Below are positions 39,567 to 54,130 of a stretch of DNA of 64,000 nt, piece after piece. The notes under the pieces were generated by a model that was not told the origin of the DNA, searched no databases, and saw only the letters and a program-made list of their open reading frames with translations. Positions within the stretch are counted from its first letter, which is position 1. Each line of letters opens with the position of its first letter. This DNA comes from Marsupella aquatica. Taxonomy: Eukaryota > Plantae > Marchantiophyta. The translations under genes were made by a program, and so were the position numbers. Location of the stretch: contig OZ316895.1 of assembly GCA_973895155.1 (NCBI GenBank), positions 23,768,281 to 23,832,280 on the forward strand. Direction: 5' to 3'.

Positions 39567-42500
39567 ATGGCTCCTCCTTTCCAAGGTACCTCCTAGTCAG
39601 GAATAGTAAGAAAGAGTATTCAATTGCTGTACCAATATATAGAGCATCTTACTTCTCACAATAAATTTGAGTCAAATGTGTGAAACTAAAGTTCGAATTG
39701 ATTGGGGACACCAATCGCTCGCGTTAGCTCCGGGCTCCAAGGGTGAGTGACTGATGCCTCTCTCATCCTGTCTATCAATGGACATTTTGTCACCACAAAT
39801 GAATGCCACCTTTTCTTTTCTTAGACGCGGGCGTGAAATCCTGCAACAGGAATCTAATGAGCAGCACTTGAACAGACAGACGAAGGTGTTTACCAACAGC
39901 TGAAATTAGTACCTGTGTTGAAACCTTGAGGCGTATAAAAGTGGCCGAAGATGATATTGTAAACCTTTCCCTATCGCGAGACCATGCCCTTTCGCGAGAC
40001 CATGAGCCTTGATGCTTCAGAGTTACAAACTTCAATGATTGCATCGAGTCGGAGCTTATTCATTATAAACGTGCGGGGTGGGGGTGTTCGCGGTGATCGG
40101 AGCTTGTTGTAGTGGAATTGTAGAACAATCTGCCAACTAGTGAACTCTGTTAGCCCTATGAGTTGGTCCATTTCTTTGGGTCGGCCCTCCACTTGAAAGC
40201 AAGCTATCGGGTCTGCAGTGAGGGAGTTCATGGATCGCCTGAATGCAGATTGTAGTACAGTAAATCGAAATCATTCGACTACGCGTCTGCATGAGAACTT
40301 TAGCTATAGACGCAAAAATTAGGGTTGTAAATATATGTAGGGGATCCATCGACAAGTTCTAATGAGGGTGCCATGTGCATTGTGACCACGCAACAGAACT
40401 TCCTCCGCAGAAGGAGGCGAACATTAATGTATACGTACGCATACGTCCACTCAACAACGACGAGTTGCGGGCAGGAGAGAAGACTGCAGTGTCAGTGCTC
40501 AGAGACGGAAAAACCATACAGGTCTGTGAATGAAATTCTGGAATTTGAAGCTGTTGAATTTCCCATGGATAGTCATTCTGTGTGAGGAAAATATTGTATT
40601 TGATCGATATCACCGCTCATCATCCACATTATAATCTCCTCCTCGACTTGGGAGATTTAGGGGTGATCTTGGGCGAAACCGGAAAATAAATTTCATCACG
40701 AGGTTTTCTACAAATGTTTTCAAACGATTTCAGATGGTCGTAGTCGCTTGATTGCATCGAACCGAAGCATTGCATGATGTTCGTCTCAACACTCTTACTC
40801 CAGGTCGTTGAACAAGGGACAGGATACAAGCTCACAACCAGAACATTTCAGGTATGCGTCTCTGTTTCGACTCTCCACCCTGGCTGGTCAGCACAGACGA
40901 CTGCAATTTATATCTGGATTTATTGCTACCATCCGCCAGAAAAATGGAGATAGACATTCTATTTCATTAGTCTTGTACTTGCCTCATCAAGGTTAAAGAA
41001 TAATGATGCAGCATGACATTCGAAAGTTCGATTGACTGCACATTGAACAAGAACGAGAAGCCGAGTGACTTACTACCTTACCTTAAAATTCACAGTCGTT
41101 GGAGCACTGAATAAGTCACGACTGAGTTCAAGATTGATCCTCAACAGCGAAACACTATTCTTCTAAGACTTGTTCAATATGGGTAGTTCGATGGCTGCCT
41201 AGGTCCCCAAGCAGAACAAGATCAGGTGATGGAAAAGCTGAGAGTGCACAAGTTGCTGGACTCAGTTCTGGAAGGCTTTTCGGCCACAGTCATGGCATGT
41301 GGACAGACTGGCTCAGGAAAGACGTTCACTATGTCTGGCCGCGACGAGGTGCATTTGTAAAGCTCTTTTTATAACTTTCTTTCTGTCCAAACGTTATCTC
41401 CAGTTCGCATCTCGAACCTCGTTTCTCGTGGTCACACAGAAACCTCTAATAAGTAAGGCTCGCCATTCATGACAAAGAAGAAAAGCCAAGAAAAGTTGAA
41501 TCGCAGCGAATCCCCCTGTGTTAGAACAATTTTCGGGGCTAGATTCTAATCTAATAAATCACAGGTAGCGCCGAATTGATCGATTAACGAAAGTCTGAAA
41601 CCATGTCCACAAAACTTGAGCGGTTCGTGTAGAGGAAGTCGGTTGTAGTGACTGGATCATTGTGGAGTGGCAAACCATGTATGCACGTAGGAAAACTACA
41701 CTGTTTGGGAACTTCAGGCACATAAACATCTCTTCTGTTTTTGCTCACTCCAGGGTATTCATGCACGAAACAGTTTCGGTAAAATTGAGCCACGTCGTGA
41801 CGATGGCCTGATTGCACGCTCCGTCACCTACTTGTTCAATGCCATGGACAAACGAACGAGTGAATCAGGCAATGATAAGCTTTACTCGATGAGAGCATCA
41901 TACTTTGAGATCTACAATGAGCAGGTTGGCAACTGACATACACTCTGCGTTACACTCTGCGTGTATGAGGATTTTATTTACTCAATTAGGCGACCCATAC
42001 AGTCGGGAGAATATTCATAATATGCTATAGCTAAATTTCATACATTAATGCGAGACAGTAGTTCTCTGTAGTGGAGCGGTCCTTGCTGAACCGTGATTGA
42101 CATGGATAGAACCTCGCCAGGCTCTCCGTTATCCAATAGCATTTCACAGAAGAGCAATCCTTGAATTTCGTCTGTCCCCTCTTTCCAGTGTCCAATTCAT
42201 TAGTCAAGAGCTTGCATTAAAAGTAATTGAATGAATTACTGAATGAATGATCACGTTCATTCGTAAGATAGGGCCTGTTCACTGAAATAACCTCTGTGGA
42301 TATTTGACACAGTAGTGAACTCGTGCATCATGACATGGCATGACAGCTTTGATTACTCGAAACTTACATAGATTAACAGGTGAATGACCTTCTGCGACTG
42401 GACGCTCCTCCGAGGGAAGTCAGATGGAGCTCCAAGGACGGTTTCTATGTTGAAAATCTTCTTCTCGTTGACTGTGAAACACTCGACGATGTATTTTGCG

Positions 42501-45500
42501 TGTTGGATGAAGGATCCAGAAACCGCAAAGTACTTTACATACACATCTCTTAGCTTTCCTGCAGTGCGCGTCAGAGTGTAGAGTTGTAATTTTGCACTAC
42601 TTAAATTCACTACGTCAATCACGTAAACACATCAATCGCAGTATTCATTAGCGGATTGTTGAGTGCATGCATTGATTGTCAGGTTATTGTCCTGGCAACA
42701 GGACTTACCTACCTGTGAACTGTGGGTCATGGGTGCCAGGTGGGATCCCACGAAGTTAACAAGGACAGCAGTCGGAGTCATTGTATTATGACGCTGCACA
42801 TAGATTCCAACTGTTATGTGGACGATGAACAACCAATTATCAGATATGGGCGGATGTTGTTTGTCGATTTGGCCGGCAGCGAGCGATTAAAGAAGAGCAA
42901 AAGCTCCGGAGAAATGCTGAGGGAGACTGGCAGCATCAACAGATCACTCTTCACGCTTGGAAAAGTATGAATCGATCTTGGACTGACTCACTTGCTTTGA
43001 AAACGGATTACTCTGTCAAGCATTTTTGTGTCATGACTGACCAAACAATTGTTGCTCATTTGAGCACTGGCACCTTCAGCTCGCGGTAGTTGGTATAAGA
43101 AAGAATGCCTCTTGTCCTTTTCTAGCCCCATACGCCTATTGATTAACCCAGGGAATCCAAACATAGTTCCCAGCTCTTGGTGCCTCTAATATTGCAGGTT
43201 TCCCAGGTCTCCTAGTCCGGCAATGAACGCAAAAAGACGAGACTCTAGCGGTGATGGCTTTGACTTGCTTAGCATCCCTTGTTCTGATTTGACCAAATTT
43301 CGCGGGGAGTCCCACACTGATTCAATCAAGGTATATGTCGGATGTTGGGGGTCTTTCTAGAGAGACCGTTGTGAATGTGGGTTGTGAAGACTCCAGTCCA
43401 ATAGAGAGTTTTGATAGAATTACTGTTTGTAGGTGATATCTGCGTTGAGCGAGGGGAAACGAGGTGATGGGCTGGTACCTTACAGGTTTGATGCAATCTC
43501 TGTCCCGGGCACCCGATCCATCTTTTAGTAGCGCTCTATAATTCGTAGTCCCTTTTTGTCAAACAGTCGAGAATGAAGCTCTACAGCAACTCACTCAAAT
43601 ATTAGCATGTCGTAGTTTCGTGGGTGGAGAATTTTTCCTCTCATTTCGGTGTTCTACAGTGGCCTCTGGCCGTGCCATACGGTCCATATAAATCCTGTTT
43701 CCTCTCCATTTGAGATATTCTCTGCGATTTGACAGGGAAAGTATGTTGACTAAGTTGCTGATGGAGAGCTTGGGCGGAAGCTGCTTAGCTCTCATGATAG
43801 CTTGCGTTTCACCATCGACGTCAGCCCTAGACGAAACCTTGAGCACGTTACACTATGGCACTTGCGCCAAAAACATTGTTAATGCTCCCTCCGTCAATAT
43901 CGATGCAAGGAATAAGGTAATTCTTCCTTCGACTCCCTAGTTCTCAATCATAAAACTTTTGATTAGTAACTGGCATTTCCTGTTCTGCTTTGATCCTATC
44001 AACGTGTGGGGAAAGGACTCTCAATACGTGGTTCGCTTGGGAAGGATAACTATTGCTTTTCTTTTCCTCAAGGATGAAATTGTCGCCTGGTGTGTCTTCT
44101 TCCAGATTGTCTTAGAACTTCAGATGGAGATTAAGCGTTTGAAGGAAGAGAATGCTCTGCTTCGCTCTAGACTGGCAATGACCTCTGATCAGGAAGTAAC
44201 AGCTAGTCCTTCCGCCCCAGAAAAAAGGCGAGACAAGTCACCAAAGAAAACTCATATTGAGCAAGATACACAACCTACCGGGTCCTCCAAAACTGGACTC
44301 GTGAGCCCATTGCCAGATAAACAGATGAAGGCCTTGGAGAAGCTGTTGTGTAAAGACGGCAACTTTCAACAGGTACCGATTGTTTCTCCGCGCTTCATTG
44401 AATTTGAATGAATAAGTCGCTCCTCCTGAACAATAGCAGCAGCCGACTTTGAGTGTCGCGTAAACAAAGAGAGGGCCGGAAGGACAGTGAATTCTGGAAG
44501 GATGGTCTGTGTTTTCCATGCTGACTCTCAATACTGTCCAAATTGCATTTCTAAATTGAAGTTCAGCTCAAGCTCGTCAGAACCACGCCATTTATCCACT
44601 TGACAATGATAACCAGTCAAAATCCCCTCTTCCTGTTTCTTGTTAGGAACACCCCGCTTCAGCTGATTCGGGCTGGGCATGTCACATTGCCAGGCCCAGC
44701 CGTATTGCAATGTGACAAATGCCGTAACGTCACTTAGTTTTCACCAGAATCGTCGAGTTCGTGTAAAAGCGGAAAGTTTATTCTCTCTTACATAGCGCCA
44801 GTATAGTATAGTGAGGTAGATAAAAAGTCACTTCCCCAAAGGGATGGGAGAATCAGGGGTGAGTCCCAAATCCTTCTTGCCTTCTTGAATCAGAAGACTC
44901 ATTATAGCGAGCCATAATCGAAAATGTTAAGGAAGGAGGCCACCATTATATGTAGTGACAGGTTTATGGAGGGTGAGGTATCACACCCGAGAGGAGAGTG
45001 ATGTCGAGCTCCGCATGTTGGGTTTCGTCGTTATTTAATTCGGACTGTCTGCCAAATTTGGATGAATAGATGAGACTCGCACAGCAATGGACTTTGGGTT
45101 CACATACATGCAGCCCGATCAATCTATTATCGATTGATCTGGGAAAATGCGAAATGTTTCCCGATTTCTACGCTAGCTATCCTCTGGCATCAGATTTATA
45201 CATACCATCGTCCCACCAAGATTGTTCTGGCCATTAGGACGGTTCCTCCTTCCAGAATTTATTGTCCTTCCGGCCAGAAAGATCTGTGGATAGCAAGTTT
45301 TCCATCTACAAGCGCTTTGGTGTCAATACGGGTGGCTAGAATAATCTCAGTGACATTCATTTGATCAATTCCGTGGTTGAGAAATATCACAGATTGTTCT
45401 GGCGACTAAAATGGTCTTTACGATAAACTTGGGTTCTCTTCAACAGAAACTGAGTCTCCTCCATCAGCACATGTGTTTAGGCACTCTTTGCCTGTGAATG

Positions 45501-46326
45501 CTGATGCGATTAGTGGGAGATTCGTATAGAACGAAGACACTAGTTCTCTCCTCGCTCTCTCCTCTTACGGCAGCTGAACTTCCTTCGCTGAACAATCTCG
45601 CAGTAATCCCTTAGAGAAAATTCGTTTGCTGCATCATTTAGAAAGAGAATTGATGCTATGTATCGAAAGGATATGACGTGAAAATGAAGCGATTATGTCT
45701 AATCTCTCGAAAAGAAAATGGCTAAGGCTCGTTTAAACAATTGATATACGGGGCACATCCTTTTAGACTAACGGAAATGTGTTCTTGAAGAGTACAACTT
45801 TTGCCTCACAAGCATGAACAAAAGGTGTCGTTCATGGTTAAGCTTTCTTCTGTGCATTCAGATAGTGACTGGTGGTCGTGGGCATGAACTTCTACAGGAG
45901 TCTGTCGAGTTAGCCAGCTTACCGAGGAGCGAGAAGTCAGGGATGGAGGGACGCCAGACAGCTCGTAGTCTTCCTTTAAGCCATCCAGTGCGAGCCCTCT
46001 CGCCTTATGCTGTAGTGGACCGGGTAAAGAGCGAAGAGTTGTGGATCAATTCAGTCCGCAACAACATCAATACTGATGGGCTTATAGGCATGTACCGAGG
46101 CTTGGGTGGAGGAAGGTGTAAAGGCCAACAAATAAGTAAAAGAAGCAGAGTATCTGTTGATCACCTTAGCTCGCGCGCCAGGCTTAAAACCAGAAGTACA
46201 GGAAAGTATGGGAGTAAAGGTGATGCTGACTTCCAGGGAAGTATCACTGTCAACGAAACCGCTTTCCAACGTCTTTTGAAGCTGAGCACGCCGGTTCCTG
46301 TTGATCGTGAAGACGCTCCCCTGTAG
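39567..46326 (+). CDS. N-terminal-motor kinesin, KIF12/kinesin-16-like
   Basis: Exons 39567-39585 (tentative), 40397-40521, 40804-40851, 41187-41348, 41754-41924, 42380-42529, 42740-42964, 43433-43485, 43736-43916, 44106-44372 and 45862-46326. Motifs NINVYVRIRP, GQTGSGKT, SYFEIYNEQVNDLL, EVRWSSKDGFYVENL, NKDSSRSH, DLAGSER, INRSLFTLGKVI, VPYRES.LTKLL.ESLGG, then a coiled coil. Start and last exon are less certain. Confidence 0.88.
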
Positions 46327-49300
46327 TGCTAAATGATCATATCACGATATTAACTCTTGGAGAGCGATGCACACAAGGAGAGTCACGCACAACAGACCTT
46401 AGCCCATGGCATGCCCTTGACCTTTGGCCTCAGGTAAAGTCGAGTGATCTAACTTAGTTAAGGTCCCTGCTGCTCAGATTTCCTCCTGCTTACATCCTGA
46501 AGATTATCACAGCTAAGCCTTCAGCAGTTTTCAGTTGATTTACAATGGGAAATACAACAGAGATATTTCCAGCGATGTTGACACGTAGACAATTCCATTT
46601 ATCTGTTTTAATTCTTCTCATTTAACTTGACTCTTGGGAGGTACGATGAAGTGTGACTCCTGAGAAAGTTCAGAACCGATGGAATAAGAAAAAGGGTAGA
46701 TGACGTCAGAACCTTTACTCCAGCCTCTCTCTGTTTAAGGATGAAATTGATTTCGTCTCCCTCCTATTTTTTCTTACCGAAATTTCCAGTTGCCATAAGC
46801 AAAGTAGTGGCCGTTGGCTTAGACTAGGTCGCAAACTTATGCAAAACTTGGTCTTTGGTTGTAATGTGAATATAGAATGACGGGCAAGGTACGAGAGATG
46901 GAGAGCAGCATACGCAACTGCTGTTGCAAAATATGCACTCAAGTCTGACTGATTGCGTGCGAGAGAAAGGTGAAATGCGGCTAAGCGACAAGATTCGCTC
47001 CAACTCTTAGAAGGTACGACATTTCGAAGCGAGCGGAAAGACCATACTAATTTTCCATAAGTGGAGCTTGGTGCATAGCAAGGGAGAGATCTCTAAGCCG
47101 TAGTAACAGTATCCAAAGAATAATTCAACCAAGTACAGCTAGATAAACCATTCGCAATAAGAAATAGGCGAGCAGATTTCATTCTCAAATCAGGATCATA
47201 AGCGTCTAGTGGGGGCTTCAAAACTGTGTCACTAATGCGCCGGGACAATACTAAGAAAACTTGGGGATATATCTCATGCCGTGGATTCTTTATGCTGAAG
47301 CTAAGATAGTTGACTGAGATGATTTGCCTACTAGAGGTCTTATCTAAATTACCTATACAGACAGATACTCTGAACAGGCTTTCACCGTCTAAACTTGAAC
47401 TTGAAATGCTGATCTGGGAAGTGGAATCAAGACTTTCGTGAGGCCTTTCGACGAGGGCTTTCCTTCCAATGTACTAAAACCCCTTCCTTACAGTGGAGAC
47501 TTCTCACTGAAACCTTCCTTGTCGGCTATCCAACAGATGTCTTGAGCTGTACTCTGCTCTCGTTTTTCAGAGTCGTTGACTCACTATTTATGTTTCAATA
47601 AGCTTGCTTTGGTTCTGGGTTTCTTCAAAACACTTGGTGAGCCAGGTTTTTAATTTGTTCGCAATCTTGTAGTCTACCAACGTTTTTTGATTGAGAATGG
47701 CATGCAGGAACACCATCAATAGAACATAATCTACTTTCTAATCTGTCCATTCGGCCTCATCCTAACCTTCTCACTCAGAATACTGTAATGAGATTACGTA
47801 ATAAAAATGATTACTGTATGTCAGAGGGCCGTCATCCATTACATGTGCTTCTTCGTTTGCCCCTTAAGGTCAAAAGCTGTCAACATATATGCGCACAATA
47901 AAAATGGGTGACTCCAGTTGTGAGTGCTTTCTAGTGAACGTTTAAAGTACAATAAAGACGCGTGGGGCTGCTGCAATAACGGGCGTGGCGTTTCTGCTTT
48001 ACAGAATCTCGCGATACTATTTGAAGACACATCTTTAAGCGGGAGTCCTAGACGGAAAGGGAGGAAAAAGAAAGACGCTGAGCCGTTGCTGTTGCCCGAG
48101 CCTGCTGCTGAATATAGATCCATGCTCCAGAAGTATTCTCCAGATTGGGTAGGACCCGTTAAGGTTCCTAAAATCAGGACTGCTGGGTTGTGCATCCGGG
48201 AGGTTACTGTTGACAGAGGCTTCACCAATTGGTATGACTCTCTCACATAATCTTGACGGCTGCGGTAGGTGGCTAGCATGGGTGCTATGACGCACAACTT
48301 GAGACTCCTCAGTACGAGGAGTTAATCAGATGGCAAGATTTCAGCTCAGCTAGAGCGAGCAGAGTCTTCCATCGTTCTGGAATTGCAAATTGCTGGCGCT
48401 TCAAGAAGAAATTTGAGCTGTACACTACTTGGATTTAAATGTTAGTATAGGACTTATAATGGAACCCTTCCTAGTTGCTCCTAAATTTAGCTGTGATCTA
48501 TGGTATGCCTTCCCAACAAATCATCGAACTTTTATGGTAGAAACTACCTATTTGTTCCTGATGCCCGCTAGTTGCACCTGGTGAGAAACGGCGGACTTGA
48601 GAGAGTTGGACTTCTTAAAAGATGTGACATGTGCTAACAGAGGCTCACCTAATTTACAAGCATAAAATTGGTGTCTTCCATTTAATACAGAAAGTACATT
48701 TTATGTAGGTTTACAATAAGTTCAACATGAATGTTTTTGGTTTTGAGTGTGGACTAGCAGACTGTGGGCTTGAGCGAGGGACTACTCTAGGCCCTGTGGT
48801 GCCTGCTTCGCTTTCTTCCACCTTCTTGTGATAGATTAATTACGATACACGCACAAGCTATGTCACTTAGCAAAACTGCTGCCTTTGCGATGGGTCTAAG
48901 CTCTGACTTGGAGGTTTGTGCCGTTCCTTTTTCTTAGTTTCCAAGGCAGCTGACCATGTGCAGGAGCAGGTGAACGTTGAGTCTCGTAGTTGCTTCAAAG
49001 TTTAGTGTTTGCTAGACAAATCTGTTGATAATACCTCACTTCCCTACTAAAAGTCATATAGTCAAGAAGGACAACACAAGTATCATCTCTATCCAGCACA
49101 ACGTTATTTTGCCGATTGTACAACATCTTCAGTGCCGGCTTAGTGTCTGCGGTAAACTACTGGAAGTGCAACCCTATTTGACTATCAATCTTAGCACCTC
49201 ATGCACACTACAATTTCCTACGTGTCCTGAGGCTAAGAGTGCAGTAGTAGTCCAATGGTGAAACAGTTTGCAGTGGTTTCCTGCAGTCTCGAGGGCAATT

Positions 49301-51087
49301 TATCTTTCGCATATGATTCCTGCAGACCAGGACCGTCTGGAGATCATATTTTAGCGTGCTTTCAAAATCTTTTGTTGGTCCCTCTAGTCTGAGCAGACTT
49401 TGATAGGTTGTGACACGCTTACTTTGAATCCATACAGAGGTTCATATCTGCTCTCAAATCTTTGATCCACGCCGCGTTGATAATAGCTTGGGAATAATGG
49501 CGTCTCCAGATACGGTTTGTGCCAATTTTGTATAGACGATGAGTTGATCGTCTTTACGAGGTATCATTGCCTCAGATGTCAATGGAAGGATGTGAACAAT
49601 ACACTGAAATGCATTATGGTTACTGTAGGTTCAGTGGAAACGGCCCGGCGGTCTTAGACTGAATCGAGATAATGATCATTAGTTTGCCTCTAAATTTCAG
49701 CAAGAAAGTTCTGAACAATATAGGGCCAGTCCAGATTGCAAATGCGTGATCCAACAGAGGCACGGCATTCAATGGGTGAATGATTCTTTTCCATTAGTGC
49801 AGTTGAAGTCGTTGGGTGAAGTGTCCTCAACTCTCATGTTCGGAAGTTATCTACCTTCACTTTTTGCACATAGAGACAACAGTCACGATCATTTCATTTC
49901 CCATTGATGTGGACTTCTGTGAATTTGACATCGTCAGAGGCGCATCTCATCTCGCACCCATTACATTGCCTAAAGCGTCTAGAGTAGCTAGAATCCATAT
50001 TGCGCAACAAGAGAAGCGCAAACTGTGAGATGTACTCATACGGGCAGGAAACTGGGTCTAGAAACTGCAGCATCATCATTATTATCGTCAAAGAAATTGG
50101 TCTTACAACGTCTGTTGTGAGTCCCATGGGATCTAATTCTTGTTGGAGATGATCTGCGGCTGCAGGACGAAAGAACTCGTCAACAGCCAGAGTTCGTCAA
50201 CACAGTTCGGGACGATAAGAACAAAGGGGTATTGGAAGAGAGGGTGGAGGAGGACAAGGAAAAAGGGAAGATGAAAGAAGAGGACAGAGATATTCCTACA
50301 ATATACTACGAAGACTACGAAGACGAAGATGTGGGAATCTGGGGTAGCATGCGATTTTGCTGAAGCAGCATGTGATCTGGAGTTTCAACTAGATTGTCTT
50401 TAAACAAAGTTTTAAGATACAGTGAGAGGGAGAGGGGGAGGGGGGTGGGGGGTCGTCACACTGGAGCATCGCCTGTCAGAACGTGTCAAGCAGACCAAAT
50501 GAGAAACAGGGAAATGCATTCCCACCACTCTTCCACTACATCATCCAGTCATCGCACGCTGTTCTACCTTTCCTACTGATCTTGATTTCATGCCCATCTC
50601 ATGTAAAAATAATGTCCCTCTCTGTGTTTCTCTACCATCACCTCTTCCCATGCTAATGAAACCTTAAAGATACATCAGAAACATCTCCCGCGTCTATCCA
50701 GGGAGAGGATTGTCAAAACACAAACCAAAGATGCATCCAGATGCCTTCATCTTCTTATCGAAATTTCAAGGGCAATTTAAATCTTTTTTGTTTACATGTT
50801 CTGGTACTAGTTCCTACAGTATATAATCCCTTGTCCTATTAAAAATAAATAAAAATCCCTTGTCCTATTGCCACAACATCCGTCACAGCACATCTATTGC
50901 TTCCTATCGACATGAATCTCCACGACTCTATTTCATCTAAAACTTTCCTAATCAAACTTTGAGCATCTGTTGCCAGACGACTTCAAAAACAAACACATTT
51001 TCAAGTTCTCAACCTCTAATGGGAGAAAATTTGTGAACCGAGGGAAGGCCATGGTGATACGGCAAAACGATTTGCTATAATCAAACA

Positions 51088-54000
51088 CTATTGTCTTAAT
51101 CCCTGGAGGAATTGTGCCAATTGCTGTCCACCAACAAGCACTAGATCCGCTCCGAGAACAACTGCCATCTGCTCCATAAACAAATTTCAGTTAGTTGCGT
51201 GTAAATCAACACCAGTCAGGAGCGTTCCCAAGTCTACAGACTCTGCCTGCTTGAGATGATCGACAGGAAATTCTTCAGAAACCCAGTTTACGATCATTGA
51301 TGTTTGTATCGAGCAAGCTTTCCAGCGAGGCATTTGCTGCTCTTCGAATGAACTAAATTTTATGCTATCTTTCTAGGACAGAACGCCGACAACGCTTTTG
51401 CACCACTTTATCTGATCCTCACGCTTTGGCGAAGTCCACAAAATGATCCCACCCAAAAACCCAACCAAGACTTGAGTCTCTCACCAGTCGACCGAAGAGC
51501 ATAACTCGGAAACCCCAGCCCTCCTTCCTGGCTGCTTCACGTTGCACGTCCGTCCAGCTGTGGCAGCAGAAGAGCAACATGTCAAGAGAACTGTACGACT
51601 GCAGCAGTGTATTCCATCTTGACGAGAAATGTGTTGAAGAGCTTACCCAAGAAATTCGGAGATTCCACCCAGCCCAGCAAATTTAAAGGGCTGTGGCCCT
51701 TCCCTTTGCAGATCCTGTACCATAAACGAAATGGGTAAATTGTGAAAGAAGGTCCTCTGAGAGCATTAACGGAAGGCAAGTGCAAGCTACACCATTGCAA
51801 AGAACTTTGTCTTTTCTGCTTCCTTTCAGGTGTTGAACTTGTGATATTGAGGATGAAGAACCGTGGTGCTAAGGGGAATGTATCAGAACTAGAAAATCTA
51901 AGCAATTGTCGACCATATTATGAAGAATATCTTAATATCTGATCAAGAATATTATGGGAAATGGACCTAAAACATTACGAGACTAATCCCTAGATGTCAA
52001 GGTCAAATTAGTACCCCTTCTTCCGCTGCGTCGAAGCCGCCATTAAGCCAATATAAGTTTCTATATCCTGCCTTGTAAAGTTGTTCACAAGCTGCAAGCG
52101 ACCTGCCGCACACAACAGTCGGAAATTATAGAAGACTCGACCTTTCAAATGACTTCAATGTATAATCCCTGTTTGATTATTTATCCCAATACCAAGATAT
52201 GGCTCATCCAGGCAAGATATTTCCGGTTAAATCTCCATGGAATTTCTTGCTTTTCAGGATTAAAAGACACGTTCACATTTCATCTACAGTATCACCAACA
52301 AAACATTCTGGGTTTACCTGAGTCCCTTTTGGCAGGCCACTATAACATTCGCACTCTTTGGGATCTTGCTCACAACATCTGGCATAAACCTCCTGTACAC
52401 AGAAACCCGCTAATGAGAAGGATGACAAGGTCTGCTCAAAAACGCTGCACATATAACTCCCAACTGACAATGCGTTGAGTTATTTATCTGGGTGATAGAT
52501 GAACCGAAGAGCCTTGCTTAAAACTTACCCGTTGTACTCCATCAAAGGCGCTCCACTCCACCAGCCCCCTGATGTACAAAATTCAATATCTCTCAGAAAC
52601 ATTTTCCATTGAAAAGTCAAGCAAGATTTTCACAAAGGACCTACCAAAACTCAAAAACAACCCTGTCAAAGAAAACCATACGCATCCTCAGTAACGTAGA
52701 TGAGCCAAAATGCAAATTTAAGGCATCAGAGTTGACGAATATCACGCATGTATTACCCATGGTATAATTCGAAAATTTACTGAGAAGAGTTCCTGGGTCC
52801 AAGCTTTTGTTGTTCTCGAAAATGGGGATCCACACAGAGTTCTTAATATACGCCTGCAAGAGCGACTTGTTAAATATCGTTGAAAAAGCGTCCACCAAAA
52901 CAGACCAAAATATCCTTAAGTTTGCCAAGGCGGGAAATTAACTGTCATACTATTGTGAATTCATTTCAATGCTTCACAAGGCATCAAAAATTAGAATCAC
53001 AGTTATTTCTTCCCTTGCAAATTGATTGTTTCAACATGAGACCTCCCACGACTAACAGCATATCTATCCATAGGGAAAATTGGGCATATTTGAGCAACGA
53101 GAGTCCGGAGAAGCAGCGCTCCGCATCGCATCAATGCCAAACGCCAAAATTACGTGGGAAGCAGAAGAAGTTGGAATGTGACTACATGACAGGCAACAAA
53201 GGATGAGATTCGAGGATATCAAGTACTATAGTACCTTTTTCCGCTCTGATGAAGGACGCACATCCAGAACGGTGTAGTTGGAAAGATCAACCGCATAGCC
53301 TGCTTCTTTTGGTGACAATGACTTCACTTTCCCTTCCCTCACCTGGCCACCACCACGTCAGTAATATCAGGACAGTCAGTTTGAAGAGATTGAAAATATG
53401 GTATCCCCCATACGACAGTATCAGCAAACAAATTGCTCTCCCGTCCAGCCACACAATTACCTGTGACTCCCACCTCTTCTCTGCAGCTGCCATCTCCTTG
53501 ATCTGCTGAGCTAAATCTTGGGCCTGAGCGTACACCATATACCTCTGCATGAACGGGAAACCGTCACTTGAGAAGGCTCACCAGGACAAGAACAACACAA
53601 GTCGAAGCAAAAAAGAAACCCATACTCCTTTATGAGGTCGCTAGCCTGAGTTAACATTCAATAAAAGCTTAGACCTTCCAAACTCTCCATTTTTCTTCCT
53701 CTTTATCTCCTCTTATTTTTGTTTTCATTTCAGCCGGGTCGTCAAAACGAGGCACCCTCAACGCGAAGTGCAGCTCATTATTAACCTCATAGTTGCGTCC
53801 ACCATTTCGAATCCAAATTAGACGAGACACTCATCTCAACCAATCCTTAGCTCAACCCACAAAACCCAAAAAACGCACACAAGTCCTCCTCGCTAAGATT
53901 TCTATCAAATGACAATTGCTCACCTGCACGAGTGGGCGCGAGGGCAGCTGGGGCAAAGCAGTGGTGGAACGTATCGCAGCTCCTCGAAGCGCCGATTTCG

Positions 54001-54130
54001 AACTCCCCAACGATGCGCAATGCAACGTGCTACTGCTGCTGCCATCTCTGCTCAGCCCAGTTGCAACTATCCCCTGTGCCTCTAATGAAGATGAGCACAC
54101 AGAACCCAACCTGAGACTGGCTGTCGCCAT
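51088..54130 (-). CDS. STR11: Rhodanese-like domain-containing protein 11, chloroplastic (10 coding exons)
   Basis: Exons 54130-53924, 53544-53461, 53342-53235, 52853-52757, 52568-52529, 52392-52318, 52102-52015, 51714-51647, 51557-51485 and 51168-51088. A Ser-rich transit peptide precedes KEMAAAEKRWESQVREGKVKSLSPKEAGYA..LDVRPSSERKKAYIKNSVWIPIF..GGWWSGAP..IVACQKGLRSLAACEQLY..GGISEFLGWTDVQREAARKEGWG, matching recalled Arabidopsis STR11. Confidence 0.93.

Noticed and set aside
50066-50086. ctgcagcatcatcattattat, resembling a miR172 target site
   Set aside because: Three mismatches fall on the miRNA 5' side, there is no AP2 coding context or precursor hairpin, and the match sits in a (cat)n microsatellite-like run.
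49894-50127. 77-aa minus-strand ORF after an acceptor-like site and a CT-rich leader
   Set aside because: No recognisable motif and only a weak hairpin. It cannot be supported as a CDS or miRNA without transcript data.
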